DNA of 64,000 nt, taken from the NCBI GenBank assembly GCA_000002445.1, contig CM000207.1, positions 160,001 through 224,000 of the forward strand. Reading direction: 5' to 3'. Each line of letters begins with the position of its first letter. Position 1 is the stretch's first letter. Origin of the DNA: Trypanosoma brucei (taxonomy: Eukaryota). Both the position numbers and the translations under genes were made by a program. Below are positions 1 through 13,800 of this stretch, one piece after another. Below the pieces are notes generated by a model. The model was not told where the DNA came from and ran no database searches. It saw nothing but the letters and a program-made list of their open reading frames with translations.

Positions 1-3000
1 ACATAAAGAACATGAAAAGATTAAAACTTTTCGGGAAAGAAGTGTTCACAGAGGCAAACGTGATTCCATACCGAGGTCGCTGGAAGCACATGGTACAGAA
101 TTATTTCGGAGGGAATAAGATGTGACGATATAAACCATAACCAGTATTAGCTTCTAAACAAAAAAGATCTGATTCGTTTCCTGGCACGTGCTGCTCCTGT
201 TGCGATATCAGGTTTCCCTGAGAACTAGAAACACTCATAAGGGCATTGCTGAACCAGAATAACTTTGAAAGTGTCTGCAAACGATGACGCTAATACAGAT
301 GCTATGATAACAGCGAACGTCTTAATACCAAGGCAAAATTCCATATGGTCGATTCTCCTTATTTTATATGTATCCCCTTAATAGCACTAAAACATCCAAC
401 GCATATTTTCTTCATATCGGAAGGGCAAAGAAGTTCTTACAACCACTTCTCAAAACTCATCCAACCACCCAGCGACAGTTCTTCAAGGAGTTCAAAACAC
501 CAATTAACGTGACATTGGTTATATTAAGGAAGCTTTCGCAAAAAAGCACATTGATATTTCGGTTGATTCTTAGTTCGCCACCGCACTCATCTTCTACGTT
601 CGTTCCATTAATCCACAGCTTATTCACGTTAGGAACACAGAAACTGCTGTCAACACGCTTAAGATGGCCACGCTAACCACTCGAGTCTCAAATGCGTTAA
701 ATCAAGCACCCGATAAACAATTAGTGTATACCACTTACCTCGTTACTGCAAAAAAAAAGGAGTCATAAAACAGCGTCAGCACCTCTTCTCGCGTAGTTTG
801 CTCGATACTTCCTTATCCGCAAAACCCAACGACCTCATAAGCACCACACGACGTTACAGCCTTTCGTCTCTCAGTTCCTTAGGCAGCTCGGCTAGTCCAT
901 TCTCCTTCCAAGCGGTTTCCAAAAACCTCACAGGATGCTCATTTATCTTTGTCATTTGGTATGCGACTTTCCGACCACTATGCTTTCCTACCAGACCACC
1001 AACACCTCGCTCATCCAGCCTCACTATTTCAGTCCTGGTGTCAGCTTCACGAGCATTCGCCAGCGCCAAACGTACAGCCCTTCTATTACCTCTAGGCCAC
1101 ATACACGGGCATACTTTGGACTCCGTGGCAACTCTGCAGCGTAAGGACCAAAAACTATGTAACGACACTGGTTGAATCTCCGCCAGCGCCCCACCTACTG
1201 AGTGGCTGCAAGACGTTCAGCCAGAAAAGTCACTGCCAATATCCACATTTCCTATTCGCAAAACAACTCGCAGAGTGGCAGCCTTTCTTTCACAATAAGT
1301 TGGAAAAGTACACGCACCTTAATGCGACACACCAACCCCATCCATAACACGAGGTGGAATATCTTTCCCTACATTTCGTAAAAAGAGACAGTGAGCTGCA
1401 GCAGCATAAACCCAGTCACACCCGACTCCAACAAGCACCACATCGCCTCTCCATACTATGTAATCCATTCCCTTACCTTTCATTATCTGAACTGCCTTTA
1501 GGCCACTATTCTAGACCTTTCAGCTCCATAATCATTCTGTGTTTCAGCTTTACATACACCCGACTCTCAGAAACCCTTTGACTCCATCAACAAAACGGCT
1601 GTATGTGAGCAAACATTTATTTACTCCGCTGCAGCTCTATATGTGCTACTTCATTGCCAGTTTGAACAGGAGCACACATCTGCATTGTGTAATGCGAACG
1701 AGATAGCTGTGCGTCATCAGCATATATGAGGGAATGCATAGTGGATGGCAACAAGCGCTGAGACTGCATCATAGATAAGGGGGAAAACATAATGTGATAG
1801 CAGTTGGTGCTGTCACCTCTTATTCGAGGAGAAGATGCTCCCGCGCTGCATATTCACTACTCTTACCTCTTGTAAAAGAGTTTGAGTACCGTGGCTCCGC
1901 GTCCACCTTCACTTTGCTGGGGGTTTTTGCATTTGTATCGTGTCCATGTCGATCTCAGGAATTGTTTCTGTTCCCTCTCAGCCCAGTGTTGGAAATAGTG
2001 ATGTTTGTGCTCAGGGGTTGTTGACAGCATCCCTTGAAAAAACTACCTGCCCATACTTGATATAAATTGTGTCTCTTCTCCACCTTTCTCGTTCCTTCCT
2101 CCACTTCCTGCGCTGCGCAGGAACAGAAAAATTTCCCGATGATCCCTCCTTTCCTGTTACTACACACTTCAATCGCCTCAATTAAAAATATCATGCCTTC
2201 TGTAGCTACAGCACTCCCTAAGGTCATACAGCCGATTCCAGTCCCCTTTACCAGGCTCGTTGTTGGACTCTCCTGCCTTGGCGCGGCACACCACATGAAA
2301 CTTTACGACGCACACCTCACCTTCACTATCCGTCTAGGTTGCTTATATTAAGAATTTGATTGAAGCAAAACACTTCATATTTATCTTCCTAACACAGTTA
2401 CGTGACACCACAACAACACACCAGAAAATCAATATGTGAAAGAAATCAAAGCTCAATTGCGGGATGTAGAATGAGATGAAAGGATAGAACATCCGCTTTC
2501 AGCTCCGCAACACCGACGCATACTATAATTTTATGGCAAAATAAACTTCACAAATAAAAAAGCGCTCGCAATGCATCTACCAGCCTCTCCCAGTTACGAT
2601 TCACCATTATTGCGTTTTGTGGCTAGGATTAGGGCTAGCACTGTTAACAGCAATTATGCATTCGCGGTTTAATCAAATGTGTTAAGGCAATCAAAGAGAA
2701 AAATAAAAAATAAGGTAATGCGCAATAGAGGCGCCATTTCCAACAAGTTACTTCCCCTAATTAATCATTAATTTCTCAAGCGTTGCGTATCAATCATTCA
2801 TTGCCTTCTGCACATTCGTCCACTTCCCCCACTCTTGATTAATTTAATTTTTTCGCATACCTGTACCTTGTGCAAGTCATTGATTCATTGATTACTCACC
2901 ATCCAAATCATTTCATGTTTTCGTCCACCACCCGTATCACTTAAAGAATATCTTATGATCATAAGTGCAATCCCGTATTTAGTCGCTGAATTTCTCGGTT

Positions 3001-5310
3001 ATTTCCCTGCAATTTAAATTTATGATTTTACTAAGACCCTCCTCCTTAACCCATTTTCATCTTCCCCCAACGTTTTTCGATCTAGAACAGAAGTAGAGCT
3101 TATTTTTTCTTTGAACACTTCACGTGATACGATTTTCTCAGTACAACTGAGGTTAAGTTCCTTTTGATTAATAAAAGGATTCGCAAAGCCATTGATTTTT
3201 CTTCTTTTTTCTTTGCGCTCGTTCTTTTTACAACGCTATTTTAGGCCCCTTTATACACTTGAAAACATTGACTTATATTTCCTGTTTTGAAATTATTCGC
3301 ATTAACACTGTTTGTTAATTATTTCTGTATTGGAGCTATTCATCCATCGCATTGGATGCCGCTATGGAACTTAACAAACAAGTCCTTTGGTAATAACTGC
3401 TGGAAGGTAGCTACGTATTTTTCACCAGTCTTTGTACTTGACGCTTGTTGCTCAGTTGAACGATTTTAAGTGCATATATTGGTTTCGTAGTAATTTGTGG
3501 TAGAAACATATGAAACGAAGCGCCGCAGAGAATCATCATACGTCCGCCACGCCACGGACCGTTACAGCCTCCTGTGGTGCTTTCTGCGGACTCTCACACA
3601 TCTACAAAGTCTGTTTCCATCCCCACTGCATCGCTTTGACCTGTTCCCGAACTCACTCCCTGTGGCGACGGCCGCGCCACGCGCCCACTGTTGTGACCTG
3701 CTACTTTCACTCCCGAAACCGCATTTCCTCTTTTTCCACCTTCTCAGCGGACGTTTTTCACGCTTTCTTGCTTTGCAACTCCCAATTCTTGCCCTTCTTG
3801 ACTCACTTTATGTTCTCTGTAGTCAGCTTCTGAGGGTGCCGACTCCAAGACTGGGGAGCCTTCAGATACCCGGTCGATCGGATCTTCGCTCCAGCTTCCG
3901 CCCGCAGCATCACTTGATTGTGCGCTCACTGTAGGAACGGTTTCATCAGAGTCGGGTACCAACCGGCAAATTCTCTCTGAGGTTGAACTCGATTCAACAC
4001 TCAGCCGTTTTTGTTGCGTTGGAGTGCTAACCGTGGCTGCACCTGGTGTGAGGCCGTTACGAGCTGAGGTAGCTACAGGGGACCGCTGGTTCACACCGTT
4101 CTGGCGGGTTGCGCCAGTGCCCTAAGGCCAGCAGTGGTGCTTATTGAAAGATTCCAAGTACCCCTCGCATTTCTAGCTTTTGCTTGTTGCTTGCATTGAA
4201 GCTTCCGACTCGCCGCGTGGCACAAGCAATCTTAGCGTCAAAAATGAGATTGTTGTATGTGTGAACATTATTCTCCCTCGAGGTTTCTGACGAACAAATT
4301 ATACAAAACACTACCAGGAATAAGGAGACCAATACATGTAAGAATGCCACGTGGTAAACAACTATAATTAGATTTAGAATTAGAGTATATACGAATAAAT
4401 ACACGATACTCCATCCGATTACTTCCTGTGGAAAAAAAAAGCGTCTGAAACGCCACGATGGTCCCTTCCATCGACTTCAGCGCCTTTTAACTTAATTTTT
4501 GATGTATCACTCCAGCGCCTCCCTCACCTACAGTCCTTTTGATCGCCCCTCAGCTTCCTTGCACACGATTCCCTATTTTCCATATTCTCAAGAACTCAGG
4601 GCAACAAAAAAAATCAGACAATATGTCTTTTAATGGCTTCACTTTCCTACCAATTTAAATGAAAAAACATACACCTAGTTCTTTCAATATTTTTTTAAAT
4701 AAAGAATTTATCGGAGTTCACTAGTCTTTTTGTTACCACTTCCTTCATCACCTGTAGGTGACTTTGTCGCCAAACCAACACATTTGAACTTGACCGTAGC
4801 TTCAATGCTTTCCTGTATACATAACTATATTTTTGCTCTCCATTCTTAAATGCTGCAACCAAGCTTCCAAAGAAAGGTCACGCTGTTTCTGCTTCTTATG
4901 TTTGAATGGGCCCAATTGTAAGCCTCGTAAGATTCACTTCCTGTGTACATTTATAACGCGGTTCTTTTAATATATCTTGTCCTTCCAGATTCCATAATTC
5001 CATAACAACAATATTAAAATCTGTATTCGTTCAATCCCAAAAGTTATAAAGTTTATTCACCATTTGCTTTTGTTTTCCTTACTGTCGCTTTTACTTTTCC
5101 TAACTTTTGTTGTTACTGATAGGTGTGAGCGGATTATTTTATTCTTTTGAGCATTGTATTTTTCCATTTTATGCAACTTTTTAAATGGGTGTAAAAAAGA
5201 AAAATCATTCCTTCCTTTCCTTTACTCTGTTCGCTGGTCTTCTGCGCTGGTGTTTGGCGTATTTTCCTTATTAAGGGTTAAAAATAAAAATAATTGAATG
5301 ATGAATAAAT

Positions 5311-6327
5311 TTATGCAAACAGCCAAAATAAAAATATCCGTAGAAACTGTAAAATAATTTTGGCGGAACTCTTTTGTTCTTCTGGTGGTCTTGCCGTAGT
5401 GGCACCTGTTTCAGTGCTGGTAGTTGTTTGCGCATTTGGGTTTCCATCTTTTTGTGGTCCTTCTGTCCCCTTAGCTGGTGAGTTATCCCCTGTGCTTGGA
5501 ACTGTGTTTGGCTTTGGATATTTTTCCATGCTTGGCTTCCCGTCCGCACGTGGTTTTGTGCTTCCACTTGTACTTTCATCCTTGCTCATTTCTTCAACTT
5601 CTCTCACCAGATCTTCGAGCTTACTAAGCCATTCAATACCACTTGCGTTGTCCTCGTTAGATCCCCTTGGGTACAGCACACAAATGCCGTCGTTCTCTGA
5701 TTCCGCTCCATTGCAAGTATGCAGTCCGTACTCTTTACCTCCCCCGTAGGTATAGAGGTGTTCGCGTCCATCTGAGTTCTTACGTTTCTTTATGCGCATC
5801 CTGAATTGAACCTTATTCTCGTGAAATTCAGTTTCTGATGGCACACCTTTTCCACTTCCAGTTATGCATCTACTCCTCAAGTCGTCCCATGTGCTTCGGT
5901 GCTTTTGGATGGTTGGCCATTCCTGGGAGTTAACTTTTCTTACATTTCCCGTGTAACAAAGGTCCCTAAGATTTGGTTGCTGACCTGTTCCTTCGCACAA
6001 ACAAATAATATCTTTTACAAGAGACCTTCCTGCCGACGCAGGGATACCCCCACTGTCTTGTCCGTAATCCTGTTCTCTGTACCATTTCCATTTCATTCTA
6101 TTCAGATCATCAACTCCTGATTCAAACAATATATCTTTAACCCTTTTTTGCACAGAGGCCACGTCTGCTTTTGATTTTCCCTTCATTGTTTCAAGTGAAT
6201 CGCTTATTCGTCCAACGAAACTAACAAATTCACATAATATTTTAAATTCATCCTCATTAAGTATACCTTGCTCCGCGCCGGACACATAGGTCAATATTAA
6301 AGTCACACCAAGAACTAATCCCAGCAA
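5311..6327 (-). CDS. VSG-related surface protein (type-B-like N-terminal motif), 338 aa, signal peptide plus S/T/P-rich stalk plus C-terminal hydrophobic (GPI-like) tail
   Basis: ORF with an N-terminal hydrophobic leader MLGLVLGVTLILTYVSG. Its NEDEFKILCEFVSFVG motif matches the NxxEHAALCxF N-terminal motif of the + strand type-B VSGs in this window (28040, 52549, 57427). A DIICLCEG motif resembles the VSG-B LCLC motif. The C-terminus is hydrophobic (IILQFLRIFLFWLFA). The protein is much shorter than a full VSG (about 480-530 aa). Confidence 0.45.
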   Translation of the reverse strand: MLGLVLGVTLILTYVSGAEQGILNEDEFKILCEFVSFVGRISDSLETMKGKSKADVASVQKRVKDILFESGVDDLNRMKWKWYREQDYGQDSGGIPASAGRSLVKDIICLCEGTGQQPNLRDLCYTGNVRKVNSQEWPTIQKHRSTWDDLRSRCITGSGKGVPSETEFHENKVQFRMRIKKRKNSDGREHLYTYGGGKEYGLHTCNGAESENDGICVLYPRGSNEDNASGIEWLSKLEDLVREVEEMSKDESTSGSTKPRADGKPSMEKYPKPNTVPSTGDNSPAKGTEGPQKDGNPNAQTTTSTETGATTARPPEEQKSSAKIILQFLRIFLFWLFA

Positions 6328-6339
6328 CTTCTTTCACAT

Positions 6340-6420
6340 CTTCACCACGCCACCTTCAACTACCTTCCTGAAGGGAAAAGACAAACAATAGAAAGAAAAA
6401 GCCATATATCTACAACTTCA
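6340..6420 (-). promoter_or_regulatory. polypyrimidine tract (minus strand), candidate trans-splice acceptor region for the 5311-6327 gene
   Basis: On the + strand this stretch is purine-rich (gaagggaaaagacaaacaatagaaagaaaaag). That makes it pyrimidine-rich on the coding strand immediately upstream of the ATG. Confidence 0.3.
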
Positions 6421-7296
6421 CTTCCAAATAAACCGTATGCGCAGCCAACTGAGAAGCACTTCTAGTTTGTAAATCCCTTTTACTTTCGGTGCGTCAAATT
6501 AAAAGGAACTGTAGCTCATGCCAAATACATTTCTCTTTTCCTTTTTTAACGTCATAAACAGTGGGAGATAAGCCATTAACAAGTTGATGCGCATACACCA
6601 AACAAAATCCTTGACAACAAGCGTGCAAAAGCTGCTCCCTGACCCATTCGTACGACTTTGGTAACCACTCTGCTGGGTTTTCTGAGAACTCCCAGGCCTC
6701 AGGGCGATCGTAGTTCCAACTGAACTTTAAACAAGCGAGTTCCTACGTTTCTTCCTCAGAAACGAACTCAGAAATTCGACAGTACGTGATTTACTTTCAT
6801 CTGTAGAGGTTTTAAATTACTCCCACGGAAAGGAAGCACCTGCATAGATGAGTGTATTCTCGACTGCAAGAGGTAAAGAATTTATCCTCTTACGTAAACA
6901 AAATCTTTTAACCGCCACTCGCTCCTCAAAGAAGTACCAGCGGAAGCTCCTCGAACGCTGTCGCACATTTGCATCAGGTGTATTTTCACCGTATTTGTTG
7001 GCACAGGCATGCCCCTTTGATAGATGAGTTTCTTGCCTGATGCTTTCACACAGAGAAATACCTGGTATCAAACAGAATCACCAATCATATCCTTGGTACA
7101 CAAAACGCCGGCTCAACACATAAGTGTGAACCTCCAGAACGATAATGTCGAGTTCTGGCACTTGAGGAAAAGGCCCGCAATGCTTGTTTTCTTGAATTGG
7201 GCTGACTTTCAGCTTTCCGATGCATATTTGTAGCGACACGAAGAGCACCGTATGCTCCGCTCATCAACGATAACTGGAGTCACAATCGATATTCCT

Positions 7297-7857
7297 TTAT
7301 CCCTGTGTGACTAACCGAAAGTGCTTGTCGTCGCCACCAGTGCTACACTTGGTAGTTTTTTTTCCGTAACATCGGGCCCCTGCGCATGAAGTTAACTCTC
7401 CCAACAATTCTGTTAAGAAGCTACAGCGTATGCGTTGTAGTGAACATGCCATTGTATTCCTCTCATTTCCTGGGAGAGTTGAACATGTCGTTGTTCCGCA
7501 GCTTCGTATTCCATTGCCTGTCTTTTCACCGGTATCACACATTCCTTTAACGTTGTTGACGTATCTTGGGGGCACCGTACTGCCGTGTATCAGCTCCTGC
7601 TGTATCGCTAGGAATTCTTCTGACCTCGATGTGAAACCACCGCCCCTGTATTTCACTGCGCAACTGCGTGTAGTTGTGCCGGCATCTGCACCTATTTTTC
7701 CGTTAGTGCCGCATTGTTGTGCTTCGCATTGAACCAACATACCCATTTGACTTTGTTGCGCTGTGAGCACAAGCAACGATTCAGAGCAGTGTTTTGGTCC
7801 ACTATGTATTACGGGGCCTACCCTTTTTCGCACAAAGTAAATGTACAAATTATACAT
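7297..7857 (-). CDS. cysteine-rich ORF of unknown identity (possible degenerate surface-protein fragment)
   Basis: 186-aa ORF with about 17 Cys, Gly/Thr-rich, on the same strand as and adjacent to the VSG-related gene. I recognise no motif. Confidence 0.12.
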   Translation of the reverse strand: MYNLYIYFVRKRVGPVIHSGPKHCSESLLVLTAQQSQMGMLVQCEAQQCGTNGKIGADAGTTTRSCAVKYRGGGFTSRSEEFLAIQQELIHGSTVPPRYVNNVKGMCDTGEKTGNGIRSCGTTTCSTLPGNERNTMACSLQRIRCSFLTELLGELTSCAGARCYGKKTTKCSTGGDDKHFRLVTQG

Positions 7858-10800
7858 TTATTTGAGTCTTCTGCATGATTATCAGTAGCATCAATTTCAT
7901 AAGAAAGATTCACAGATTTGACTAGCGTGTGCCACCAGTATAATCTGAAGTAATTCCACAAGCAATTTTAGGCGCAATGCCGCACATCGTACAAATTGAT
8001 GATTCTGCAAAGATATCACTGATTTCTCTTCTTCTCCGTCTCTCTGTGTTCACCTCCTCGTGTGGTCCATAGTGGCATTTAGCAGTATCATATGTATCTC
8101 TCTTCTAATTTGTGCACGGTCAACTGATATTATTATATGTATAGCATTTTGGAGAGTCGCTCAGGCAGTAGTTTAGGTGCCACCACCAGTTGTGTTCCGG
8201 ATTTCATATTACTAGGTGATTTGTTACTGTAAATACCATGAATCAGCTGAGAGTTCCAGACACAATACGACACGCTCTACCTTGCATCCTTGCTGTGACT
8301 CTTGCTCTTTTCTTTTCGCCTCATAGAACCACATCTCAATTTTGCATATGACAGTGTGAGGTACAAGCACAAAGTGGTATGCTTGAAGTGGATTTTTGCT
8401 TGTCGCCCACTAATGTTGGTAGCTCACTGAGGGATGTGGTAGTCATGCGCTTGCAACATTTCCCACGTCCATTATGTGTCGTCGGAATCCCTTCCACAGT
8501 AACACGATAACAGGGAATACCTCAAGGTTCCTATCCTCTCCTCCATTCGGTTGCCACCAAACCCTAAAATCAGGAATATCCTTGAGGAAGTATCCCATTC
8601 AGAATGCGTCCTTTATTATCTCCATAATAAGTTGTATTCGCTTTTGTAGTGAGACCTGTTTATGGATAAAATTTCCAGAAGCGCCTAGTTGTTGTTGTTG
8701 TTTTCGCTCCGTCGTGGAACAGTGCGAAGTTGTACGGTGGCACCTGCGAAAGCGATCAGTTATTCGTGTCCGCTGGTTCGTTGATGATTGTGTCGCCACA
8801 GAAACCTTACAATTTCATACTATCTCTCTTTATCCCGATTGCTACAAACCACTCTCTTCTGACTGTCATTCAGATAAACTCGGCGCAACACATCACTTTT
8901 TTTTGTGTACAAAATCGCGCTTCGACAACATTTTTGTCCACCATATGTGTTACGGGATCATCGCGTATTTGATACCCAGCATTATTCCCACTTGCAAAGT
9001 CGCGAATGGTCTTCTGGTATTAGCTCAACTGGCCCTTACAACTTTCCCTTTCATACTGTTTCACGTTGTCAATGGCTTTCCGTTCCATCCACATAACTGT
9101 CATCACAGCTGCTAATGAGCAACGTGCAAAGAAACCTATGTACCTTTGATGTTAGGCTGCACAAAATCAATTCTATGTTGTCTGTGGCAAAAGATATTAA
9201 TGCATCGCAGTATATTTCCTCAATCGAGCTTGATGTTTCCCCTACGTTCCTCTGGGATTAGCCACGCACGGTTTTTCACCCTTTATATCTTTTGGAAAGA
9301 TGTGGATTGGGAAAATAATTCGCAAGCTTATGCATCACCACCCCTCCCTGGATTTCCTCCATATGCCTAGGATACTATCCAGAATTCCGTGGTGGATTTT
9401 GCTGTTGCTATTCTGTATGGAATGTGTTCTTCCTTAGGAGATAATCCGCACCTGATATTTTTGACCTCAAAACATCGACAACTGTCATAAACCTTCACGC
9501 TACGCTCTGTTTGTACCTTTCTCTGGTCGCACAATCACCAAGCCTGATAACATCAGTTTCATCCGTTGCGGGATGCTTTAGTCATTTCAGCCTCAGCATC
9601 CTTCAAGAGACGCTTCACTTCCACACATAGCAACTTGTATCTCAGAAGTTTCTGTAATGCTACCAACTTCGCCGTGGCTGAATTATCCTCAGTAAAAGCT
9701 AACATCCTTAAGTATTCACCAACTAGGTCATCAGGGTACAGAATCACATTTCGCATTACACTACGCCAATATGGCCCCCTTTCAGGGAATATATATACAG
9801 GGCAGCACTGTATAAAATGCAGGTGAGAGTCGAGAGCCCGTACACAAATGTCCCACAAAATGTATTCACCACACTCCTTCTACTCCCTTAATATTTAGAA
9901 GTCCCAAATGTTCATATTTTTCTGCAGCTGCTGAGGTCATGCCGTACATCCTACCACACAGATATTTCACACCTCTGTGCACAGAATGAAGTTTTCTAGG
10001 AATTTCCAACCACCGTTATTAACTTACTTCATGTGTAAAATAATAATAATAATAGAAACCAGACAGAACAAAAAGTAAGATCCTATTTGTCAACGGTAAC
10101 TTCATTGACAAACCCAACTCCTCAACGGGAAACCGAGAACAGGAAGCCACAAAGCATATGGCGCATATGATTTTCACCTCTCAGTTAAAATGAGGTGGAT
10201 TGCATGACTTACACACCTTCTAAGAGCACACCCTCCGAGTGACCCGATTATAAGAAAAGAGACACTATGACGGTTGAAAACAGTTTTTCATAAACCTTCA
10301 CTCCATCCGTGAGGATAAATGCGCAAACAATGATAACGATGGCAATACTAGTGAAAACAATGATGGAGCATTAGGATCATGGGGAAAAACATGTACTTTT
10401 ACATTAAGGAACCTTAATAAATAAAAAAAAAATACAAATGTTCCCTACACAGAGGTATAGGGGGTGTTCGCCAACTTCGCAACACTGGTCAAAAAGTATT
10501 TAAATGTATCGACCATTAGTGCAGTCAGTTGAATAAGAAGTAACATGTAATATATAAAAATATATACAAAACCTACAGACTCGAATGTCTCATCGTTATT
10601 CGCCCACTGAAAGTGATGTTAATTTCATGTTGAACAAAATGATGGAGACCGATACCGCAAATGCACCTCGTCCAAAACATATAACGCATACCAGTTGAAT
10701 GGAAGATACAATTTGTGTGCCCACATAATCTGCTTCATGCCATCACGTCAACACAACCAGGTGTCCGAATACTCCACAAATGTCTTCACCATTTGCAAAA

Positions 10801-13800
10801 CTTAGCATTGCTTCACATTGGCTTACACATAGCAGCATCCACCAAACAACTAGTGCAAGCAACATGTGATGGTCGGAACACTATGCACTGCAACTGCGAG
10901 AGGCCTTCATTTTTAGAAGCAAACATAAATTCAGTGAATCAGATTGGTAACATTGTCCGACGGATTCGATTGTGAGCTGCACCGGGTTGGAAAGCAACCA
11001 AAACAGATATCAGAATACCAGCGGTGGTGCATTCCGGTTTCGATGACAATTACAGGCGAAACAATCTCTACATTTCACCTCATGGGCGACAAACCGCAGC
11101 AAAAAAGCAAACCAAACACACGGCAATGTGCACATAAACAATTTACCAAAAGAACAGATAGGACGGCGAGTACTTGCTCTCAATGGCACATCACTAATCA
11201 GTTACCTTTGGGGTAGGTTGAGTACGTGTCAAACGATAAACACGCGTTGGCGCTAGTGAGAATAAGAATATCTTTTCATTGCATCAAAATATAAATCGTA
11301 ACCGCATTCGCCTCCGTTTGAAATTTAAAAAAGAGAGTTTAAAAAAACATTCACGCCAAGGTGTATGCTACTAATCATCATTTTTAAGCTTAACCGCGAA
11401 GTGCCAACATATATAGAAGGCAACTCGCCATAAACTTGCAACCCACTGCCTCAATAACGGCACCAAAACTTACTTGGTGGGATTAAACCTGCAAGAGCGG
11501 GCAAATTTTTGGGGTTGAACATAAGAACACAGAAACGCATAAGGGTTAATTGAAATATCACCCAACTTGTGATAACTCAACACAGAATGGGCGTAAAGAT
11601 TGACTTCTAAAGTTAAGAAAGATTACGTAATTCAAAATAGAAAATCATAAAATGATTCACGACGCAGCCCGCGCATGTGCACAACACAATGGACCACCAC
11701 AATATATTCACCTCAGCCAGAGCCCACCTCTGTGCCATATCAAAAGTGTTCCATACAGCAAAAAAAAAAAGAAAAACATAATGTCAACCGCGTCTGTGTG
11801 GCTTGCCTATCTCCCACATTATGCATGTCAGATTGCTTTTACATGCATAAAGAAGGGTAAGAGTTGGCATTACGTTTTTTTTCAAACTGTTGTCCCCTAC
11901 TCTGATTTTGTTTTTCACGTTGATTCAAAACCTCATGAAGGCTAAGATTTCCACTTGATACAGAACCCCGGTATTACAAGGTCGTATGAAAAACGACCAA
12001 GCAAACAAACGCGTCTCGCCCTTGATGTTCACTGTAAATCAGTGTGATGGAAGTTTTACAAAGTTTGGGCCGCCTGTTGGAGTTGTGAAATTGTTATGAC
12101 GCTCAAAGGAGGCGTGACCGACGGCGAGGAGGTCATCGATGCGGTAGAGCTAAACGACATTTACTACCGGCTCCCAGAGAGCTCACCCTCAACTCTCTGT
12201 CAAACTGATGTACAGATCATATGGATCATAGAACAGATTCGGATGCCTTCATGATAAAAATTGCGTGCACCGTTATACGACGGCGCCCATAGCTGTTCAA
12301 ATCACTTCGACGGTACTTTCTTTCCTTGAAATAATCAGACATAGAGAGGTGGGTGCTATTTCTTTTGCCTTTTTGAGGTAGCTTTTCTCTGCTCCGCGGA
12401 AGTGTGGTAAGCGAATAAATGTATTCCTACTTCACGAGCACACATACGCACCACAGTGTTCATACCACTACTGTTGGTTGGTCGTATAAGCCCTATTTTT
12501 TAACCATGCGGTCACAAACCCATCACAGTTATGCGATGTGAAGATTTCATGTATTTGAGGTTTGGGGTTTCTAATACTCCCTGTATATGCAGTATCTTTC
12601 TGTAATCATAAATATGAATATCCGCATGCTGATTTTCATCACGCAAACAGTTATATGCAACATTCCTGTGTTCAAATAACCTTGTGCCGAGGCGATACGA
12701 TTAACACGTACCACTATGCACACATCTCCAATCGCCCATGAGCAGGTGCAAGAAAAGAAATTTAGAGCATTAAGATAGTTAAAGATAACTTGCTCTCATT
12801 GCTTCCAAATCCTTCCCGGAGAAGGAATTGTGGTACGGAAACGTACAGATCTGACAAGTAGTACTCATCTGAGCAACAGAATCCTACCTGGTATTGCAAC
12901 TGTGGGGGTCATCGCAACTATAAGCCAAAACAACACACCGGAAATTCAGTGAAACAACAACCTATACAGTTTCCAAAACAACGGGTTCCATACATCGCAA
13001 GAGGCAAACTGTTGGCACACAACCACCTTCACATGGGTACTTATAACTTCAAACAACGCACCTGAATACCGCACTGCATCACCAATGTCTAGTTTTTAGT
13101 GCAGCAAAAACCAAGAGAATTTGCGTGCCATGTGCCTGTCAGTTTGCAGTGAAATGTCGAAGCCCGATTTTTCCGCGAAGCTTATGCACGTGCAAGCCTT
13201 AACCCGCGTCTGGTGCCTGTCAAAACTTTCGAATCTTAGCTAGGATGTCAAGAAAAAAACATTCGCCGCTCCTTCTCGACTTCAGGCGATGCCTCAGGTA
13301 AATAGACATCACCAGTCGTCAACGCGCTCCGCCGCAACAATGCAACTCTCTTTCCTCCCGAAGTAGAAGCGGATGGAGTTTAAGGAAAATACGCCTCCCG
13401 TCCGATATGGCCAAGAACCAGTTAACGCTCTAAAATGAATGTTTGCAGAGTGTCGACGCTCGTTTGGCACAGCACGGGGCCGTCGGAGACCCGAAAGTAA
13501 CGGAAACTTTGAAAGGCACGACTGCCACACTTGCGCCCGCAAGCGGCAACCGACCCTCAGTGACCTCTGGATGCTTTGGACAACCCCTGACGCAAGCACA
13601 GAAGCGTTGGGGGCGAGTGGATGAGAACAAGGGCCCATTGGCCGTTAGAATAAATGCGTACTCACACTAACGTAACCAGGGCTTCTGCGTACCTGAGAGT
13701 TAAGGTTGAAAGCCTGGCATCGCACTTGTAGCTTGAGGGTGGCTTTGCAGTTTCCATTGATAGGGTCCCAACCTGGCATATTAACTGAAAGTCCGTACCC

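Noticed and set aside
8474-9115. 213-aa Cys/Phe/Ser-rich + strand ORF
   Set aside because: Low complexity, no signal peptide or recognisable motif, and it overlaps other ORFs. Probably a chance open frame in the spacer.
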